Assembly (NCBI GenBank): GCA_045128835.1
Contig: JBGVRX010000011.1
Span: 31,548-95,547, forward strand
Length of the DNA: 64,000 nt
Reading direction: 5' to 3'
From: Bacilli bacterium
GTDB taxonomy: Bacteria; Bacillota_I; Bacilli_A; RFN20; DUOF01
Positions 19,703-31,056 of the stretch are shown one piece after another. Made by a program: the position numbers and the translations under genes. The notes beneath the pieces are model-generated. The model saw nothing but the letters and a program-made list of their open reading frames with translations, had not been told where the DNA came from and did no database searches. How positions within the stretch are numbered: the first letter of the stretch is position 1; every line of letters starts with the position of its first letter.

Positions 19703-21484
19703 CTAATCCCCCTTTTCCACTACATACTTGGATTTACATTCATTCAGTTTTATTTTCTTAAGTCCTATCTGCATTACAATTTCAGGTATTTTCTTCGGAT
19801 CAGAGCAATTTTTCTTTTCCTCGAGTAATTGATTAATCTCAAGCTCTAATGATCTCTGACTTACCGCATCAAACACTCCTCTATTGAACTTAGATGGGAG
19901 CTCGGCATCATAAATTTTTCTTAATCCCTCTGCAGACTTAAAATCTTTTTCTTTTATATACTCAATAATTTGCAGAGGATCAACACTATTAAACTTATCA
20001 TAGTATTCAACAATGTAAGTGGCCATCTTACGGTTATCTGCATCAAACATAAAACATTCCTTTTGAATGTAATATATAACCGCTTTAGAATCAAATAACA
20101 TTTGTCTCAAAGCTTCCATTTCCGCCTTGACATATCTATCTACTGCATTACTCTTATCTTTAAAAAGTCTCTTACTTGTAAAGTTTACCACTTTGCCTTG
20201 CAACTTGTCAACACTTTGGTCTATTACATCTTTGCTACATTTTATTTCATTACACGCCAACGTTTTAAAATAATCTCTCTCACTAACACTATCAATACTG
20301 TTTATAAGCCTAGCTACGTAGTCGATAAGTTTACATTTATCACTATAATTTTCTAAATTTGTTTTTCTTAAATTATAGTAAAACTTAAATTCATTAACAG
20401 AATATGTATTATTTAAGAAACTTCTAATGCCTGATTCACCTGATGCATTATAAATTTCATCTAAGTCTTTGCCTGATTCACTAACTCCTGTTGTTAAAAC
20501 ATGTAAATTAGAATTTTTTAAGGCTTCAATTGTTTTGTACATTGATGTTTGTCCTGCGTTATCTCCATCAAAAGAGAAAATCATTTGAGCATTCATCTTT
20601 TCTATCGCTTTGACATGTTCTTTACTTAGTGCAACCCCCATCGTAGCAATAGCGTTTCTAACACCAGCTTTATAAAGAGCAATAACATCCATAAACCCTT
20701 CTACTACATAAACTTTATTTTCTCTTAGAATATCACTTTTTGCTTCAAAGAAGTTGTATAAACAAGCACTCTTATTAAATAAAGCATTCTCATTACTGTT
20801 AACGTATTTACTTACATCACTATTGTCAATCTTACGTCCACTAAAGCCTACAACTTCACCTTTCATATTAGTTAAAGTAAAGATTACTCTACCTTTAAAT
20901 CTATCTATGAAAGTTCCGCTTGTCTCTATACCAATACCAGCCTCAACAATTTCTTGTGTTGTATAGCCTTTTTTAGTTAAATAACGCAAAATCTTACTAG
21001 AATCACTATCAGCATATCCTAACTTGAAATTTTCTATAATCTCCTTAGTTATGCCTCTTTTTTCAAAATATTTTATTCCATCGTTAGATGAATTAAGCAA
21101 ATTATATGTATAAAATTCACTTGCTTCTTTAGCTAAAGACAATAATTTTTCTTGCTTAGGATTAACATTTTTTTGAGGAAGAGCAACATCATACCCACTC
21201 AAATCATAACCAATAAAATCTGCAACTATTTTAACAGCCTCTATAAAAGATACTTTTTCAAATTCTTCTACAAAAGTAAAAACATTTCCTCCAGCACCAC
21301 AAGCAAAACATTTATATATTTGCTTATCTTCTGATATTTGCATACTTGGATTTGTGTCGTTATGAAAAGGACAAACAGAAACATGATTTCTTCCCTTTTT
21401 ACTTACGGGAATATATTTAGATATTACATCAACTATATTAGCTTTATTTTTTATATCCTCAATAATTTGCTCATCTATTTTCAT
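19703..21484 (-). CDS. dnaG: DNA primase
   Basis: CPFH...CFAC zinc finger, [21 protein letters not shown]. Confidence 0.96.
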   Translation of the reverse strand: MKIDEQIIEDIKNKANIVDVISKYIPVSKKGRNHVSVCPFHNDTNPSMQISEDKQIYKCFACGAGGNVFTFVEEFEKVSFIEAVKIVADFIGYDLSGYDVALPQKNVNPKQEKLLSLAKEASEFYTYNLLNSSNDGIKYFEKRGITKEIIENFKLGYADSDSSKILRYLTKKGYTTQEIVEAGIGIETSGTFIDRFKGRVIFTLTNMKGEVVGFSGRKIDNSDVSKYVNSNENALFNKSACLYNFFEAKSDILRENKVYVVEGFMDVIALYKAGVRNAIATMGVALSKEHVKAIEKMNAQMIFSFDGDNAGQTSMYKTIEALKNSNLHVLTTGVSESGKDLDEIYNASGESGIRSFLNNTYSVNEFKFYYNLRKTNLENYSDKCKLIDYVARLINSIDSVSERDYFKTLACNEIKCSKDVIDQSVDKLQGKVVNFTSKRLFKDKSNAVDRYVKAEMEALRQMLFDSKAVIYYIQKECFMFDADNRKMATYIVEYYDKFNSVDPLQIIEYIKEKDFKSAEGLRKIYDAELPSKFNRGVFDAVSQRSLELEINQLLEEKKNCSDPKKIPEIVMQIGLKKIKLNECKSKYVVEKGD

Positions 21485-21513
21485 AACTTCACCTCCCCAA
21501 ATTTATTTTTTTC

Positions 21514-22887
21514 TTATAAAGTTACTTTTTCTTCAATATACTTTTCTAAATCTGCAATCTTAATTCTAACTTGTTCCATAGTATCTCTATCTCTAACAGT
21601 TACGCTATCATCATTTGCAGTATCAAAATCAATTGTAATACACATAGGAGTACCAATTGCATCTTGTCTACGGTATCTCTTACCAATACTTCCTGCTTCA
21701 TCATATTCAATCATGAATTTCTTGCTTAAGTTTGTGTAAACTTCAATAGCTTTTTCATTTAATTGCTTACTTAATGGCATAATGCATGCTTTATATGGAG
21801 CAATTGCAGGATGTAATCTCATAACGATACGAGTATCATCTTCTTTTACAACTTCTTCATCATACGCTTCACATAATGTAACTAAAGTTAATCTTTCTAC
21901 TCCTAAACTAGGTTCAACACAGTTAGGAATATAGCGACTATTGTCAGTTGGATCAATATATTCAAAGTTAGCACCACTGTGATTAGCGTGTTGACTTAAG
22001 TCGTAATCTGTACGGTCAGCGATACCCCATAATTCACCCCAGCCAAATGGGAACTTATATTCAATGTCACTTGTTCCTTTAGAATAGAAACACAACTCTT
22101 CTTTAGCGTGTTCTCTCAATCTCAAATTTTCTTCTTTAATACCTAAACTTCTAACAAAGTTCATACAGTATTCTTTCCAATATTCATACCATTTTAAATC
22201 TTCACCCGGCTTACAGAAGAATTCTAATTCCATTTGTTCAAATTCTCTAGTTCTAAAGATAAAGTTACCTGGTGTAATCTCATTTCTAAATGATTTACCA
22301 ATTTGTCCTATACCAAAAGGAATTTTCTTTCTTGTTGTTCTTTGTACATTTTTAAAGTTAACGAAAATACCTTGAGCAGTTTCTGGTCTTAAATAAATAG
22401 TACTTTTGCTGTCCTCTAAAACACCTTGGAATGTTTTAAACATCATATTGAACTTACGAATACTACTGAAGTTGTGGCTTCCACATTCAGGACATGCAAT
22501 ATTGTGTTCTTTAATAAATGCTTCTAATTCTTCATCACTAAGAGCACCACCGTTAACACTTGGATCAAATTCTTCAACTAGTTTATCTGCACGATGTCTA
22601 GTTTTACATTGTTTACAATCCATTAAAGGATCTGCGAATGTAGCTAAGTGACCACTAGCAACCCAAACTTCTGGATTCATTAATATTGCAGCATCTAATC
22701 CTACGTTATATGGATTTTCTTGGATAAATTTCTTCCACCATAATTTCTTTAAGTTGTTTTTAAGTTCAACTCCTAAAGGTCCGTAATCCCACGCATTAGC
22801 TAAACCGTTATAGATTTCACTACCTTGGTATACAAAACCACTTGTCTTAACATGACTAACTATTTTTTCAAAACTAAATTCACTCAT
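21514..22887 (-). CDS. glyQS: Glycine--tRNA ligase (alpha2 type)
   Basis: [51 protein letters not shown]. Confidence 0.97.
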   Translation of the reverse strand: MSEFSFEKIVSHVKTSGFVYQGSEIYNGLANAWDYGPLGVELKNNLKKLWWKKFIQENPYNVGLDAAILMNPEVWVASGHLATFADPLMDCKQCKTRHRADKLVEEFDPSVNGGALSDEELEAFIKEHNIACPECGSHNFSSIRKFNMMFKTFQGVLEDSKSTIYLRPETAQGIFVNFKNVQRTTRKKIPFGIGQIGKSFRNEITPGNFIFRTREFEQMELEFFCKPGEDLKWYEYWKEYCMNFVRSLGIKEENLRLREHAKEELCFYSKGTSDIEYKFPFGWGELWGIADRTDYDLSQHANHSGANFEYIDPTDNSRYIPNCVEPSLGVERLTLVTLCEAYDEEVVKEDDTRIVMRLHPAIAPYKACIMPLSKQLNEKAIEVYTNLSKKFMIEYDEAGSIGKRYRRQDAIGTPMCITIDFDTANDDSVTVRDRDTMEQVRIKIADLEKYIEEKVTL

Positions 22888-22888
22888 T

Positions 22889-23617
22889 TTATATTTCCTC
22901 CCTTTTTAGCACTCTTAATAAGAATGACTTACTCTTAAAATAAATTCCAATCTTAGTTTCTATCATACTAATAACTTCTTTAATATACTTGTAAGCGTAT
23001 ATACAGTCAATATCTATCTTATCAATATTCTTATAATCAACCTTACTAAGTATTCTCATATTCTTTAAATAAGCAATATCATCATTTACTGTATTACAGC
23101 AATTCTTACAAAGAAAACCTCCACTTTCAAAACTGAACTTAACTATTTTTTCTTTGCTAGAACAGCAAACACATTCATCAGAATTAAGTTTACATCCTTG
23201 CTTATCCAAGAAATAATTCAAAAATGCAATCAAGACATATTCACTTTTATATTTACTTTTCATTGCATCTAAACAATCTACAAAACAGACAAAACTATCT
23301 TTCTTATCATCTATTAGTTCAATTCCTTCGCTAACAAAATTCACAACACTTATATATTCTAAATTGTCACTTATGAATGATGGATAATTTATAAGTTTCC
23401 CCTCACTCAAAGTCAAGTAGCCGCTTTTTGAACTCCTATTGACCTCAAACTCGCTGTAAGCAAAATTCATGACCGAACTTGCATTTTTAGAGTTAATTTT
23501 TTTAACTCCTCTTGCCCTTAAGCAAACAAGGCCATCTTCACATAAAACATTAACTAGACAATCGTTATCTTTATAGTCAATTGAATTAAGGACATAACCT
23601 GTATATCTTTCTTTCAT
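22889..23617 (-). CDS. recO: DNA repair protein RecO
   Basis: N-terminal OB fold (ARGVKK), CxxC...GGFLCxxC zinc motif; era-recO synteny. Confidence 0.88.
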   Translation of the reverse strand: MKERYTGYVLNSIDYKDNDCLVNVLCEDGLVCLRARGVKKINSKNASSVMNFAYSEFEVNRSSKSGYLTLSEGKLINYPSFISDNLEYISVVNFVSEGIELIDDKKDSFVCFVDCLDAMKSKYKSEYVLIAFLNYFLDKQGCKLNSDECVCCSSKEKIVKFSFESGGFLCKNCCNTVNDDIAYLKNMRILSKVDYKNIDKIDIDCIYAYKYIKEVISMIETKIGIYFKSKSFLLRVLKREEI

Positions 23618-23618
23618 A

Positions 23619-24515
23619 CTACTCAGTGTCCTTGTAGCCGTATTCTTTTAGAAGATACATTGAATCACGCCAATCTTTTTCAACTTTAACAAATAGTTCT
23701 AACATAACTCTTATTCCTAAAAGTTCTTCGATATCTTTTCTAGCATCAATACCTATTTGTTTAAGCATCTTGCCGCCTTTTCCTATAATTATTCCTTTTT
23801 TAGATTCCCTATCAACAATTATTGTCCCATGAATATGGAATAAGTTATCTCTTTTTCTCTTCATTGACTCTATTACTACCGCCACACTATGAGGCACCTC
23901 TTCATCTGTCAAATACAAGATTTTCTCTCTTATTAATTCACTAACAATAAATCTTTCTGGATAAGAACTTATGCTATCTTTAGAATAGTACATTGGGCCA
24001 AAAGGTAATATTTCTTTAACAACTTTCATCAAGTTTTCTAAGTTTTCACTATTCAATGCACTTATCGGAACAATTGCTTTAAATTCATATTGTTTATTCC
24101 AAAAGTCAACTACTTCAATAAGTTTATTCTTACTAATCAAATCAATTTTATTTAAAACAAGAATTACTGGATGATCAAAACCTTTTATTTCTTCTAAAAC
24201 GAATTTGTCTCCATCCAAGAAATCTTTACTAGCGTCAACAATAAGAATAGTCCCCTCAACATCTTTAGATGAAGAATAAGCCATTTTATTTAACTCTACG
24301 CCTAACTTATTGTTAGGTTTATGAATTCCAGGAGTATCAATGAAAACAACTTGGCAATCATCATCACTATATATTCCTTGAATCTTATTTCTAGTAGTTT
24401 GAGCTTTAGGGCTAACAATCGCTACTTTATGTTTTACTAAACTGTTAAGTAATGTCGACTTTCCAGCATTAGGTCTACCAATTATTGAAATAAAACCAGA
24501 TTTAAAATTATCCAT
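23619..24515 (-). CDS. era: GTPase Era
   Basis: GRPNAGKS, QTTR, DTPG, NKID, KH domain IIIGKGG. Confidence 0.97.
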   Translation of the reverse strand: MDNFKSGFISIIGRPNAGKSTLLNSLVKHKVAIVSPKAQTTRNKIQGIYSDDDCQVVFIDTPGIHKPNNKLGVELNKMAYSSSKDVEGTILIVDASKDFLDGDKFVLEEIKGFDHPVILVLNKIDLISKNKLIEVVDFWNKQYEFKAIVPISALNSENLENLMKVVKEILPFGPMYYSKDSISSYPERFIVSELIREKILYLTDEEVPHSVAVVIESMKRKRDNLFHIHGTIIVDRESKKGIIIGKGGKMLKQIGIDARKDIEELLGIRVMLELFVKVEKDWRDSMYLLKEYGYKDTE

Positions 24516-24921
24516 TCAAGTCATCCCCCTTAAATGCATAAGGAAGTAATTTTTTCACCTTAACTTCTCTAATTTCTTCTTTTTTATTAATTAAGAACAC
24601 TGAAACAGTTTCATTTAAAAGTTCTGCCATTACTTGTCTACATGCCCCACAAGGATAAATAAAGTCAACTGTATCACTACTAATAGCAAATCCAACAATA
24701 TCTTTCTTTGTGTATCCTTGAGAATAAACACTAAACAAGCAAGATCTTTCAGCGCAGTTACTCAAACCATAACTAGCATTTTCAATGTTTGTTCCTTTAA
24801 TAACAGTTCCATTTTTCAAAAGTGCCGCAGCCCCTACTCTAAAATTAGAATATGGTGAATATGAATTTACTTTCGCAAGCACCGCTTCTCTTATCAATAA
24901 ATCTTGATTCTTCATTTTCAT
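24508..24921 (-). CDS. cdd: Cytidine deaminase
   Basis: PYSNFRVGAA, CAER, PCGACRQ. Confidence 0.96.
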   Translation of the reverse strand: MKMKNQDLLIREAVLAKVNSYSPYSNFRVGAAALLKNGTVIKGTNIENASYGLSNCAERSCLFSVYSQGYTKKDIVGFAISSDTVDFIYPCGACRQVMAELLNETVSVFLINKKEEIREVKVKKLLPYAFKGDDLNG

Positions 24922-24923
24922 CC

Positions 24924-25415
24924 CTACCTATCTATTTTCATATCTGCCAAAATTTTCTTTTGCAAGCCAAACATTTCTTCTTCATCACTTTTATTCATAT
25001 GGTCATAACCTAACAAATGCAATACACCATGAGTGAACAAAAAACACATTTCTCTATTTAATGTATGCCCATACTCTTCTGCTTGAGATTGAGCCTTATC
25101 ATAACTAATAATAATATCTCCGATTTCTCTAATTGAAGACAATTTCTTCATAGCCATTAAAAGTTCTTCATTTTCATCATCTTCGATAGCAAATGACAAC
25201 ACATCTGTAGGAACATCCTTATTGCGATAATTTTTATTAAGTTCTTGAATGTAATTGTTATCGCATAAAGTGACACTCATACCTATTTTCCCTTTAATAT
25301 TTAGTTCTTTTTTTACTCTTTTTAAAATCTTTTTAAAAGTCTTTTCATAGTCTTTTAAAACCGCATTATTCATCAAGTCTATAAACTCAATATTGTTTCC
25401 CATATAAATCACCAT
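24924..25415 (-). CDS. ybeY: rRNA maturation factor YbeY
   Basis: PTDVLSF, HGVLHLLGYDH. Confidence 0.96.
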   Translation of the reverse strand: MVIYMGNNIEFIDLMNNAVLKDYEKTFKKILKRVKKELNIKGKIGMSVTLCDNNYIQELNKNYRNKDVPTDVLSFAIEDDENEELLMAMKKLSSIREIGDIIISYDKAQSQAEEYGHTLNREMCFLFTHGVLHLLGYDHMNKSDEEEMFGLQKKILADMKIDR

Positions 25416-25453
25416 TAAACATTATACCACAATTATTTTTTAAGTAAATGATT

Positions 25454-25813
25454 TTATACTTTAGTATAAAACAAACAAATGCCACTCCACTTTTTAGCAA
25501 AATCTTCTACTTTTTTCTTCCTCAAACTCAAGAACAAAGGATCGTAATAATATACTTTACCTTTCCTTATTGCTTTAATAACAATATAATGCATACTTCC
25601 TTTCTTGCAATTAATTAAAGTTAAACAGCAACTCTTAACATCTAAAACATACTTCACCTTCAAACAATCACAATAATATCCATTGTCAAAAAGAATCTCT
25701 TTAATCGCAAATAAACTAATATACCTCTCACGTACAATTTTCTTTTTCAATATGTACCTAAGACAAAAAAAGCCACAACTCCCTGGGCTGAAAATAAACC
25801 TCAAATTAAACAT
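25454..25813 (-). CDS. Stand-alone peptidase C39-like domain protein
   Basis: SCGFFCL, MHYIVI, YYDP, F-x-KKWSG; GGGGAG RBS before ATG 25813. Confidence 0.75.
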   Translation of the reverse strand: MFNLRFIFSPGSCGFFCLRYILKKKIVRERYISLFAIKEILFDNGYYCDCLKVKYVLDVKSCCLTLINCKKGSMHYIVIKAIRKGKVYYYDPLFLSLRKKKVEDFAKKWSGICLFYTKV

Positions 25814-25845
25814 TGCATCTCCCCTTAATTTAATAACAAGAGATT

Positions 25846-25874
25846 TCATATTTTATCTTAATTTATAATATATT
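25846..25874 (+). promoter_or_regulatory. sigmaE-like promoter of the Na/Pi cotransporter gene
   Basis: TCATATT-14-AATATATT. Confidence 0.5.
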
Positions 25875-25888
25875 TTACTGGTGATATT

Positions 25889-26806
25889 ATGTCATTATCT
25901 CTTCTAATCGGAGGAATAACTCTTTTTATATATTCAATAAACACATTAAGTCAAAGTTTGTCGTGTCTTTCTTTAGAAACAATAAAAAAGAAAATATTAA
26001 AATTTACCTCTTCTACAAGAAAAAGCATGCTTGCAGGATTCCTATCAACTATTATAATCCAATCAAGTTCCGCAGTTATTTTACTTACAATAAGTCTAAT
26101 AAACGCCAAAATATTAACATTTAACAATAGTATAGGAATCCTCTTAGGAAGCAATATAGCTACAACGATAACATCATTTATAATCGGCTTAAATATCGAA
26201 AAAATTTCATCATACATAATGCTTCTCGGATTCATTTTAATGATTAGCAAAAACAAATTTAACAAAATCGGTGCTATAGCATTCAATATAGGATTACTTT
26301 TTTTTAGTTTATTTTTAATGTCTACCTCAATAGAATCATTAAAAGATTCTCAAACTTTATACAACTATATTCAATACGTATCTTCCTCATTTATTTTAAG
26401 TTTAATTGTTGGAACATTAATAACTATAATCCTTCAATCTTCTGGTGTCTTTATCGCTATTTTACAAGTTCTTTCTCTTTCAGGTTTTATTACGATATAT
26501 CAAGCAATTCCATTTATATTCGGCGCGAACATTGGGACTACTTTCGACTCTTTTTATGGCATATTAAACTCCGAAAAAGACTCAAAAAAACTAGCCCATT
26601 TCAACCTCTTCTTTAACATTGGATCTGTCTTGTTATTTTCTCTATTAATAGCCCCATTTTCTAGTTTGATTGAAATTATAACTAGTTTATTTCAGACAAA
26701 TCCAGCACTTAATATAGCCATAATAAATATTCTTTTCAATTCTCTAGGAGTAATACTAATTTTACCTTTTATACCTAAAATAAAAAGATATTACGCTAAA
26801 TGGTAA
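25889..26806 (+). CDS. Na+/Pi cotransporter family protein (short YqeW-like form)
   Basis: QSSS...GSNIATT and QSSG...GANIGTT repeats; many TMs. Confidence 0.88.
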   Translation: MSLSLLIGGITLFIYSINTLSQSLSCLSLETIKKKILKFTSSTRKSMLAGFLSTIIIQSSSAVILLTISLINAKILTFNNSIGILLGSNIATTITSFIIGLNIEKISSYIMLLGFILMISKNKFNKIGAIAFNIGLLFFSLFLMSTSIESLKDSQTLYNYIQYVSSSFILSLIVGTLITIILQSSGVFIAILQVLSLSGFITIYQAIPFIFGANIGTTFDSFYGILNSEKDSKKLAHFNLFFNIGSVLLFSLLIAPFSSLIEIITSLFQTNPALNIAIINILFNSLGVILILPFIPKIKRYYAKW

Positions 26807-27722
26807 TATCTTCTAAAAGCATATAATAAACCTTCATTTTTCCTTCTTTACCATCAATAGAATAATTTAAAACCCTCTCGATTTCTATTCTTTCACCTTT
26901 TGATATATATTCACTAATTTTCAGTTTTGCTTTATCTAACATTTTCGAAAAAACAATCGCAGTGTCTTCTTCATCATGGTTTAAAGAAACTTCTATCATA
27001 TAAAAGGTATTCGCATACACGCTTCCTAATGTTCCTACATTTATAAAATCTCCTCCACTAGTTTCTACAACATCACTAACTAACAAGTCACCTTTTCTTA
27101 CATAATCATTCTCCTTAACTTGTTTAACTCCACTTTGAATTTCAAAATATTTGATAAGCCCATCTTTAGTCGCGTACAATTTTTTCTTTTTTTGAGGAAG
27201 CGTTATTTTTTCTCTTCTTTTTTGATATCTAACACTTATTAAACCACCTCTTCTCCTTACCTCCAAAAACTCAATTTCTTTGGAAAGATTCAAAGATATG
27301 ATATTCTCTATTTCTTTAAGCTTGTTGCTGCTAGGATAATAATTGCTTATAATCAAATTATTCTTATATAATTCTTCTTTTATTCTCTCTTCAATTACTT
27401 GATAGTCCCCATAAATTTCTATTTTCCACATTCTTTTAGAAACATCGTATAAAGAAAATAAAGAAATCAAAATACACAAAAAAGTTGTTTTTTTCAAACC
27501 TGATTCAAAACAATTGATGAATCCTTTTTTTCTTATTATTCTACTTTCTTTAAAATTATCCTTAATTAATTTTCTGTTTTTTCTTTGAGTTTCAAAGCTA
27601 TATGTATACTTTTTAATCTCTTTAAAATTATAGATTTTTATATTATAAAAGTTTAGTTTGTTAAGCAGTGATTCTTTATCATAAAAAACAATTTGCCATA
27701 TATCTATATTTTTATTAAGCAT
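26796..27722 (-). CDS. yqfD: Sporulation protein YqfD (SpoIV)
   Basis: MWKIEIYG, YATKDGLI...SG...VRKGDLLVS, GSVYA; follows yqfC. Confidence 0.8.
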   Translation of the reverse strand: MLNKNIDIWQIVFYDKESLLNKLNFYNIKIYNFKEIKKYTYSFETQRKNRKLIKDNFKESRIIRKKGFINCFESGLKKTTFLCILISLFSLYDVSKRMWKIEIYGDYQVIEERIKEELYKNNLIISNYYPSSNKLKEIENIISLNLSKEIEFLEVRRRGGLISVRYQKRREKITLPQKKKKLYATKDGLIKYFEIQSGVKQVKENDYVRKGDLLVSDVVETSGGDFINVGTLGSVYANTFYMIEVSLNHDEEDTAIVFSKMLDKAKLKISEYISKGERIEIERVLNYSIDGKEGKMKVYYMLLEDITI

Positions 27723-27930
27723 TATCTTTCACCATTTTATATTTAAAATTGACATTTTTTATAACACCTTTAATTCCTGCTTCTTTATCTTCCAAATATG
27801 GCATCACAAGCGAATCACCACTTATAGTTAAATCATATCTTTTAAACGAAAAACTTATCTCTTTATCACTTAGCAATAATATTTTTTTGAAGTTCCCTAC
27901 GACTAGCATTTTATCATCAAAATAAAACAT
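27715..27930 (-). CDS. yqfC: YqfC/YabP-family sporulation protein
   Basis: VGNFKKILLLSDKEI...LTISGDSL...IKGVIKNV pattern; directly upstream of yqfD. Confidence 0.7.
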   Translation of the reverse strand: MFYFDDKMLVVGNFKKILLLSDKEISFSFKRYDLTISGDSLVMPYLEDKEAGIKGVIKNVNFKYKMVKDNA

Positions 27931-27945
27931 AGAATCACCATTATA

Positions 27946-27974
27946 ATTCTATGTTTTCAATAATAAATAAATGA
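27946..27974 (-). promoter_or_regulatory. sigmaE-like promoter of yqfCD
   Basis: TCATTTA-14-CATAGAAT; yqfCD is sigmaE-controlled in B. subtilis. Confidence 0.65.
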
Positions 27975-27985
27975 TTTTACAAATT

Positions 27986-28013
27986 AAAAAAGCTCAATTT
28001 TTCAATTGAACTC
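27986..28013 (-). terminator. Terminator after 6S RNA/aspS
   Basis: agttcaatt-gaaa-aattgagct plus T-run. Confidence 0.7.
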
Positions 28014-28017
28014 TTTT

Positions 28018-28172
28018 ACAAGTTAAGAGACGTTTGACTATCCTCTTTTCAATAGTTTCCTTTAGATTTCATACCTATAATTAGGATCCTAAGACTAGTT
28101 AGTATTCAACACATACAGGTATTACATCACTTTACGTGAATGTCTTGCGATAAGTGTTCCTCCTTAACTTGA
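28018..28172 (-). ncRNA. ssrS: Probable 6S RNA
   Basis: Long rod fold: caagttaag/cttaacttg closing stem, ttatc/gatag stem, central bubble, atacctgta/tataggtat apical stem; TATAAT upstream and terminator downstream; downstream of aspS like B. subtilis 6S-1. Confidence 0.7.
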
Positions 28173-28216
28173 TTATATAGTACTATATTTCAAAAAAATA
28201 TTAAATAATTTATATA

Positions 28217-29956
28217 CTATTTGTTGATAGAAATATGTAATTCTTTTAATTGACGTTCTCCGACAACATTTGGCGCTTCACTCATTGGACATACTGCACT
28301 TGCGTTTTTAGGGAAAGCAATAACATCTCTGATATTATCTGTATTAGTTAATAACATTACTAATCTATCTAATCCAAATGCTAGTCCACCATGAGGAGGA
28401 GTACCATACTTTAATGCTTCAACAAAGAAGCCAAATTTAGTATTAATATCTTCTTCAGTTAATTCTAGTGCTTTAAACACTGTTTCTTGAATCTTTTGAT
28501 CGTGAATTCTTATAGAACCTCCACCTGCTTCATAACCATTAATAACGATATCGTATGCTTTAGAATAGCAGTTAGCTTGGTCATTTAACAATTTAGCTTC
28601 ATCTCCATCTTTAGGGCTAGTAAATGGATGGTGACAAGAAACATATCTCTTTTCTTCTTCACTATATTCAAATGTAGGGAAATCTGTTACCCATAACATT
28701 TTGTAATCATTTTCTTTAATTAAATTTAAATCTCTGGCAAGTTTACATCTTAAAGCACCTAAACTAGTTTTTACTATATTCTTTTTATCTGCAACAAATA
28801 AAACTAAGTCTTCATTTTCTAAACCTAATTTTTCTTTTAAAGCGCTAACTTCTGTTTCACTTAAAACTTTAGCAATACTTCCAGTTAATTCTTCACCAAT
28901 TTTTAAAGTAGCCAAACCACTTGCTCTATAAGTTTTCGCATATTCTGTTAATTTATCTAAATCTTTTCTAGAGTATTTACTAGCAACACCTTTAACAACT
29001 AAACAGTTAATTAAACCGCCATTATTTAAAACATTGCTGAACACACTGAATTCTGTATTTTTAAAGATTTCACTAACTTCATTAATCTTCATTTCAAATC
29101 TTAAGTCTGGTTTATCACTACCATAATCATTAATTGCATCATCATATTTCATACGCATTAAAGGTAATTTAACATCTACATTTTTAATATTTTTAAAGAT
29201 TCTTGCAACTAAAGATTCTGCTAATGTCATAACATCATTTTCTTCAACGAAACTCATCTCAATATCAATTTGAGTAAACTCAGGTTGACGGTCTGCTCTT
29301 AAATCTTCATCTCTAAAACATTTTGCTATTTGGAAATATTTATCCATTCCTCCAACCATTAATAGTTGTTTAAATAATTGAGGAGATTGAGGTAATGCAT
29401 AAAATTTACCTTTATTAACTCTACTTGGAACTAAATAATCTCTAGCACCTTCAGGAGTAGACTTACACAAAATAGGAGTCTCTACCTCTACAAACCCAAC
29501 TTCATCTAAAAACTTTCTTGTTTCCATACAAACTTTATGTCTAATCATAAGTTCATTTTGAATAGATGGTCTTCTTAAATCTAAATAACGATATTTAAGT
29601 CTAGTATCTTCTAAAGCATCAGTTTCATCTGCGATTATAAAAGGTGGAAGTTTAGCTTCGCTTATAACTTTTACATTACTTACTTCTATCTCAATATCTC
29701 CAGTTTCCATTTTAGGATTCTTTGCTTGTCTTTCTACAACTTTACCTTCTACTTGAATTACATATTCATTTCTAATATTACTCAAAATATCACTAAACTC
29801 ATTACCAAATACTAATTGAGTAATACCATATCTATCTCTTAAGTCGATAAAAACTAAATTACCAAAATTTCTTTTTTTAGCAACCCATCCTGCAAGTGTA
29901 ACTAATTCACCTACATTATTAATTCTTAATTCACCATTTGTTTTACTTCTATACAT
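28217..29956 (-). CDS. aspS: Aspartate--tRNA ligase
   Basis: [46 protein letters not shown]. Confidence 0.98.
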   Translation of the reverse strand: MYRSKTNGELRINNVGELVTLAGWVAKKRNFGNLVFIDLRDRYGITQLVFGNEFSDILSNIRNEYVIQVEGKVVERQAKNPKMETGDIEIEVSNVKVISEAKLPPFIIADETDALEDTRLKYRYLDLRRPSIQNELMIRHKVCMETRKFLDEVGFVEVETPILCKSTPEGARDYLVPSRVNKGKFYALPQSPQLFKQLLMVGGMDKYFQIAKCFRDEDLRADRQPEFTQIDIEMSFVEENDVMTLAESLVARIFKNIKNVDVKLPLMRMKYDDAINDYGSDKPDLRFEMKINEVSEIFKNTEFSVFSNVLNNGGLINCLVVKGVASKYSRKDLDKLTEYAKTYRASGLATLKIGEELTGSIAKVLSETEVSALKEKLGLENEDLVLFVADKKNIVKTSLGALRCKLARDLNLIKENDYKMLWVTDFPTFEYSEEEKRYVSCHHPFTSPKDGDEAKLLNDQANCYSKAYDIVINGYEAGGGSIRIHDQKIQETVFKALELTEEDINTKFGFFVEALKYGTPPHGGLAFGLDRLVMLLTNTDNIRDVIAFPKNASAVCPMSEAPNVVGERQLKELHISINK

Positions 29957-29969
29957 TTTTATTCCTCCC

Positions 29970-31037
29970 TTAATGATGATGTTCATCTATACTTTCTAAA
30001 TCTTTAATAAAATCTTTAAACAAAACTGTACTTTGTTGTTTGCTTAATGAATTTCTAACTTTAATTGTTTGCTTCTTTATGTCTTCTTCCTCAATTATTA
30101 ATGAATATGTAACATTAACACGATCCATTAAATCATCTAAACGCTTTAAATCATACTCTTTGTAATGAATTTCTACGACAGCCCCTAACTCTCTTAAAAT
30201 TTCACTTACATACAATGCATATTCAAAACATTTATCATTTACAGGTATGATGTAAAAATCTACTTCTTCTTTAAAATCAGGGAATATTTCTTGTTCATCC
30301 ATTAATTTGATTAGTTTTTCAAAGTTTATTTGGCTACCAATACAATCAATTAAAACATTGCCAATTGTATCAATAAGACTATCATATCTTCCTCCAACAA
30401 TTACTGCTTCATAATTATCGATATCAATATTATAAGCAATACCCGTGTAGTACTCTTTTAAAACAAGATTATCAGCTTCTTCATAATTAACCCCTAAGTT
30501 CTCTAAGGTTTCTTTAATAGTCTCATAATAATCTTCATCTGCACCTACATTTTTAATTTTCAAATTATAGCCATTTAAACCCAAGAAATTAACTATTCTT
30601 AAACTTAAAAGAATATTCTCTATATCTAGGTAAGGAGACTTTTCGCCAATACATTCAAAGCCAAATTCAAAATGACTAGCTTTAGAAGATTCTTTCTTAT
30701 TATATTGATATACTTCCTTTAAATACATAAGTTTTAGAGGCAAACTCTTATCTACATAAAGTTTACTCTCTACGACACTTCTTAAAGTTGATATTGAACT
30801 ATCATAATTTAATGAAGCATCATTAGTAAATCTTCCTTCTATAGTAAACAATCTATTTTCAATATCTTCTTCATAGCAAGCCTTAAACAAATTACTTTCT
30901 TCAATACAAGAAGTTTGAACCATCTTATAACCATATACATTACTTACTTCCTCTATTGTATCCTTTAAAAACATATACCTTTTATAATCAGCAGGCATCA
31001 AATCTTTAAATCCTCTGCATAACTTATATTTGCTCAT
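29970..31037 (-). CDS. HisRS-derived protein with degenerate active site (intact ORF, anticodon-binding domain retained)
   Basis: [13 protein letters not shown]...PLKLMY, FGFECIG, GGRYD and the C-terminal anticodon domain follow Bacilli HisS; motif 2/3 arginines, RPEGT and RGLDYY are lost; hisS position; AGGAG RBS before ATG 31037. Confidence 0.8.
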   Translation of the reverse strand: MSKYKLCRGFKDLMPADYKRYMFLKDTIEEVSNVYGYKMVQTSCIEESNLFKACYEEDIENRLFTIEGRFTNDASLNYDSSISTLRSVVESKLYVDKSLPLKLMYLKEVYQYNKKESSKASHFEFGFECIGEKSPYLDIENILLSLRIVNFLGLNGYNLKIKNVGADEDYYETIKETLENLGVNYEEADNLVLKEYYTGIAYNIDIDNYEAVIVGGRYDSLIDTIGNVLIDCIGSQINFEKLIKLMDEQEIFPDFKEEVDFYIIPVNDKCFEYALYVSEILRELGAVVEIHYKEYDLKRLDDLMDRVNVTYSLIIEEEDIKKQTIKVRNSLSKQQSTVLFKDFIKDLESIDEHHH

Positions 31038-31056
31038 TCTCATTCTCCTTTCCAAA

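Noticed and set aside
25889-26806. Na/Pi cotransporter looks truncated (no PhoU-like tail)
   Set aside because: Bacillus YqeW is, from recall, a similarly short form, and both transport repeats are intact.
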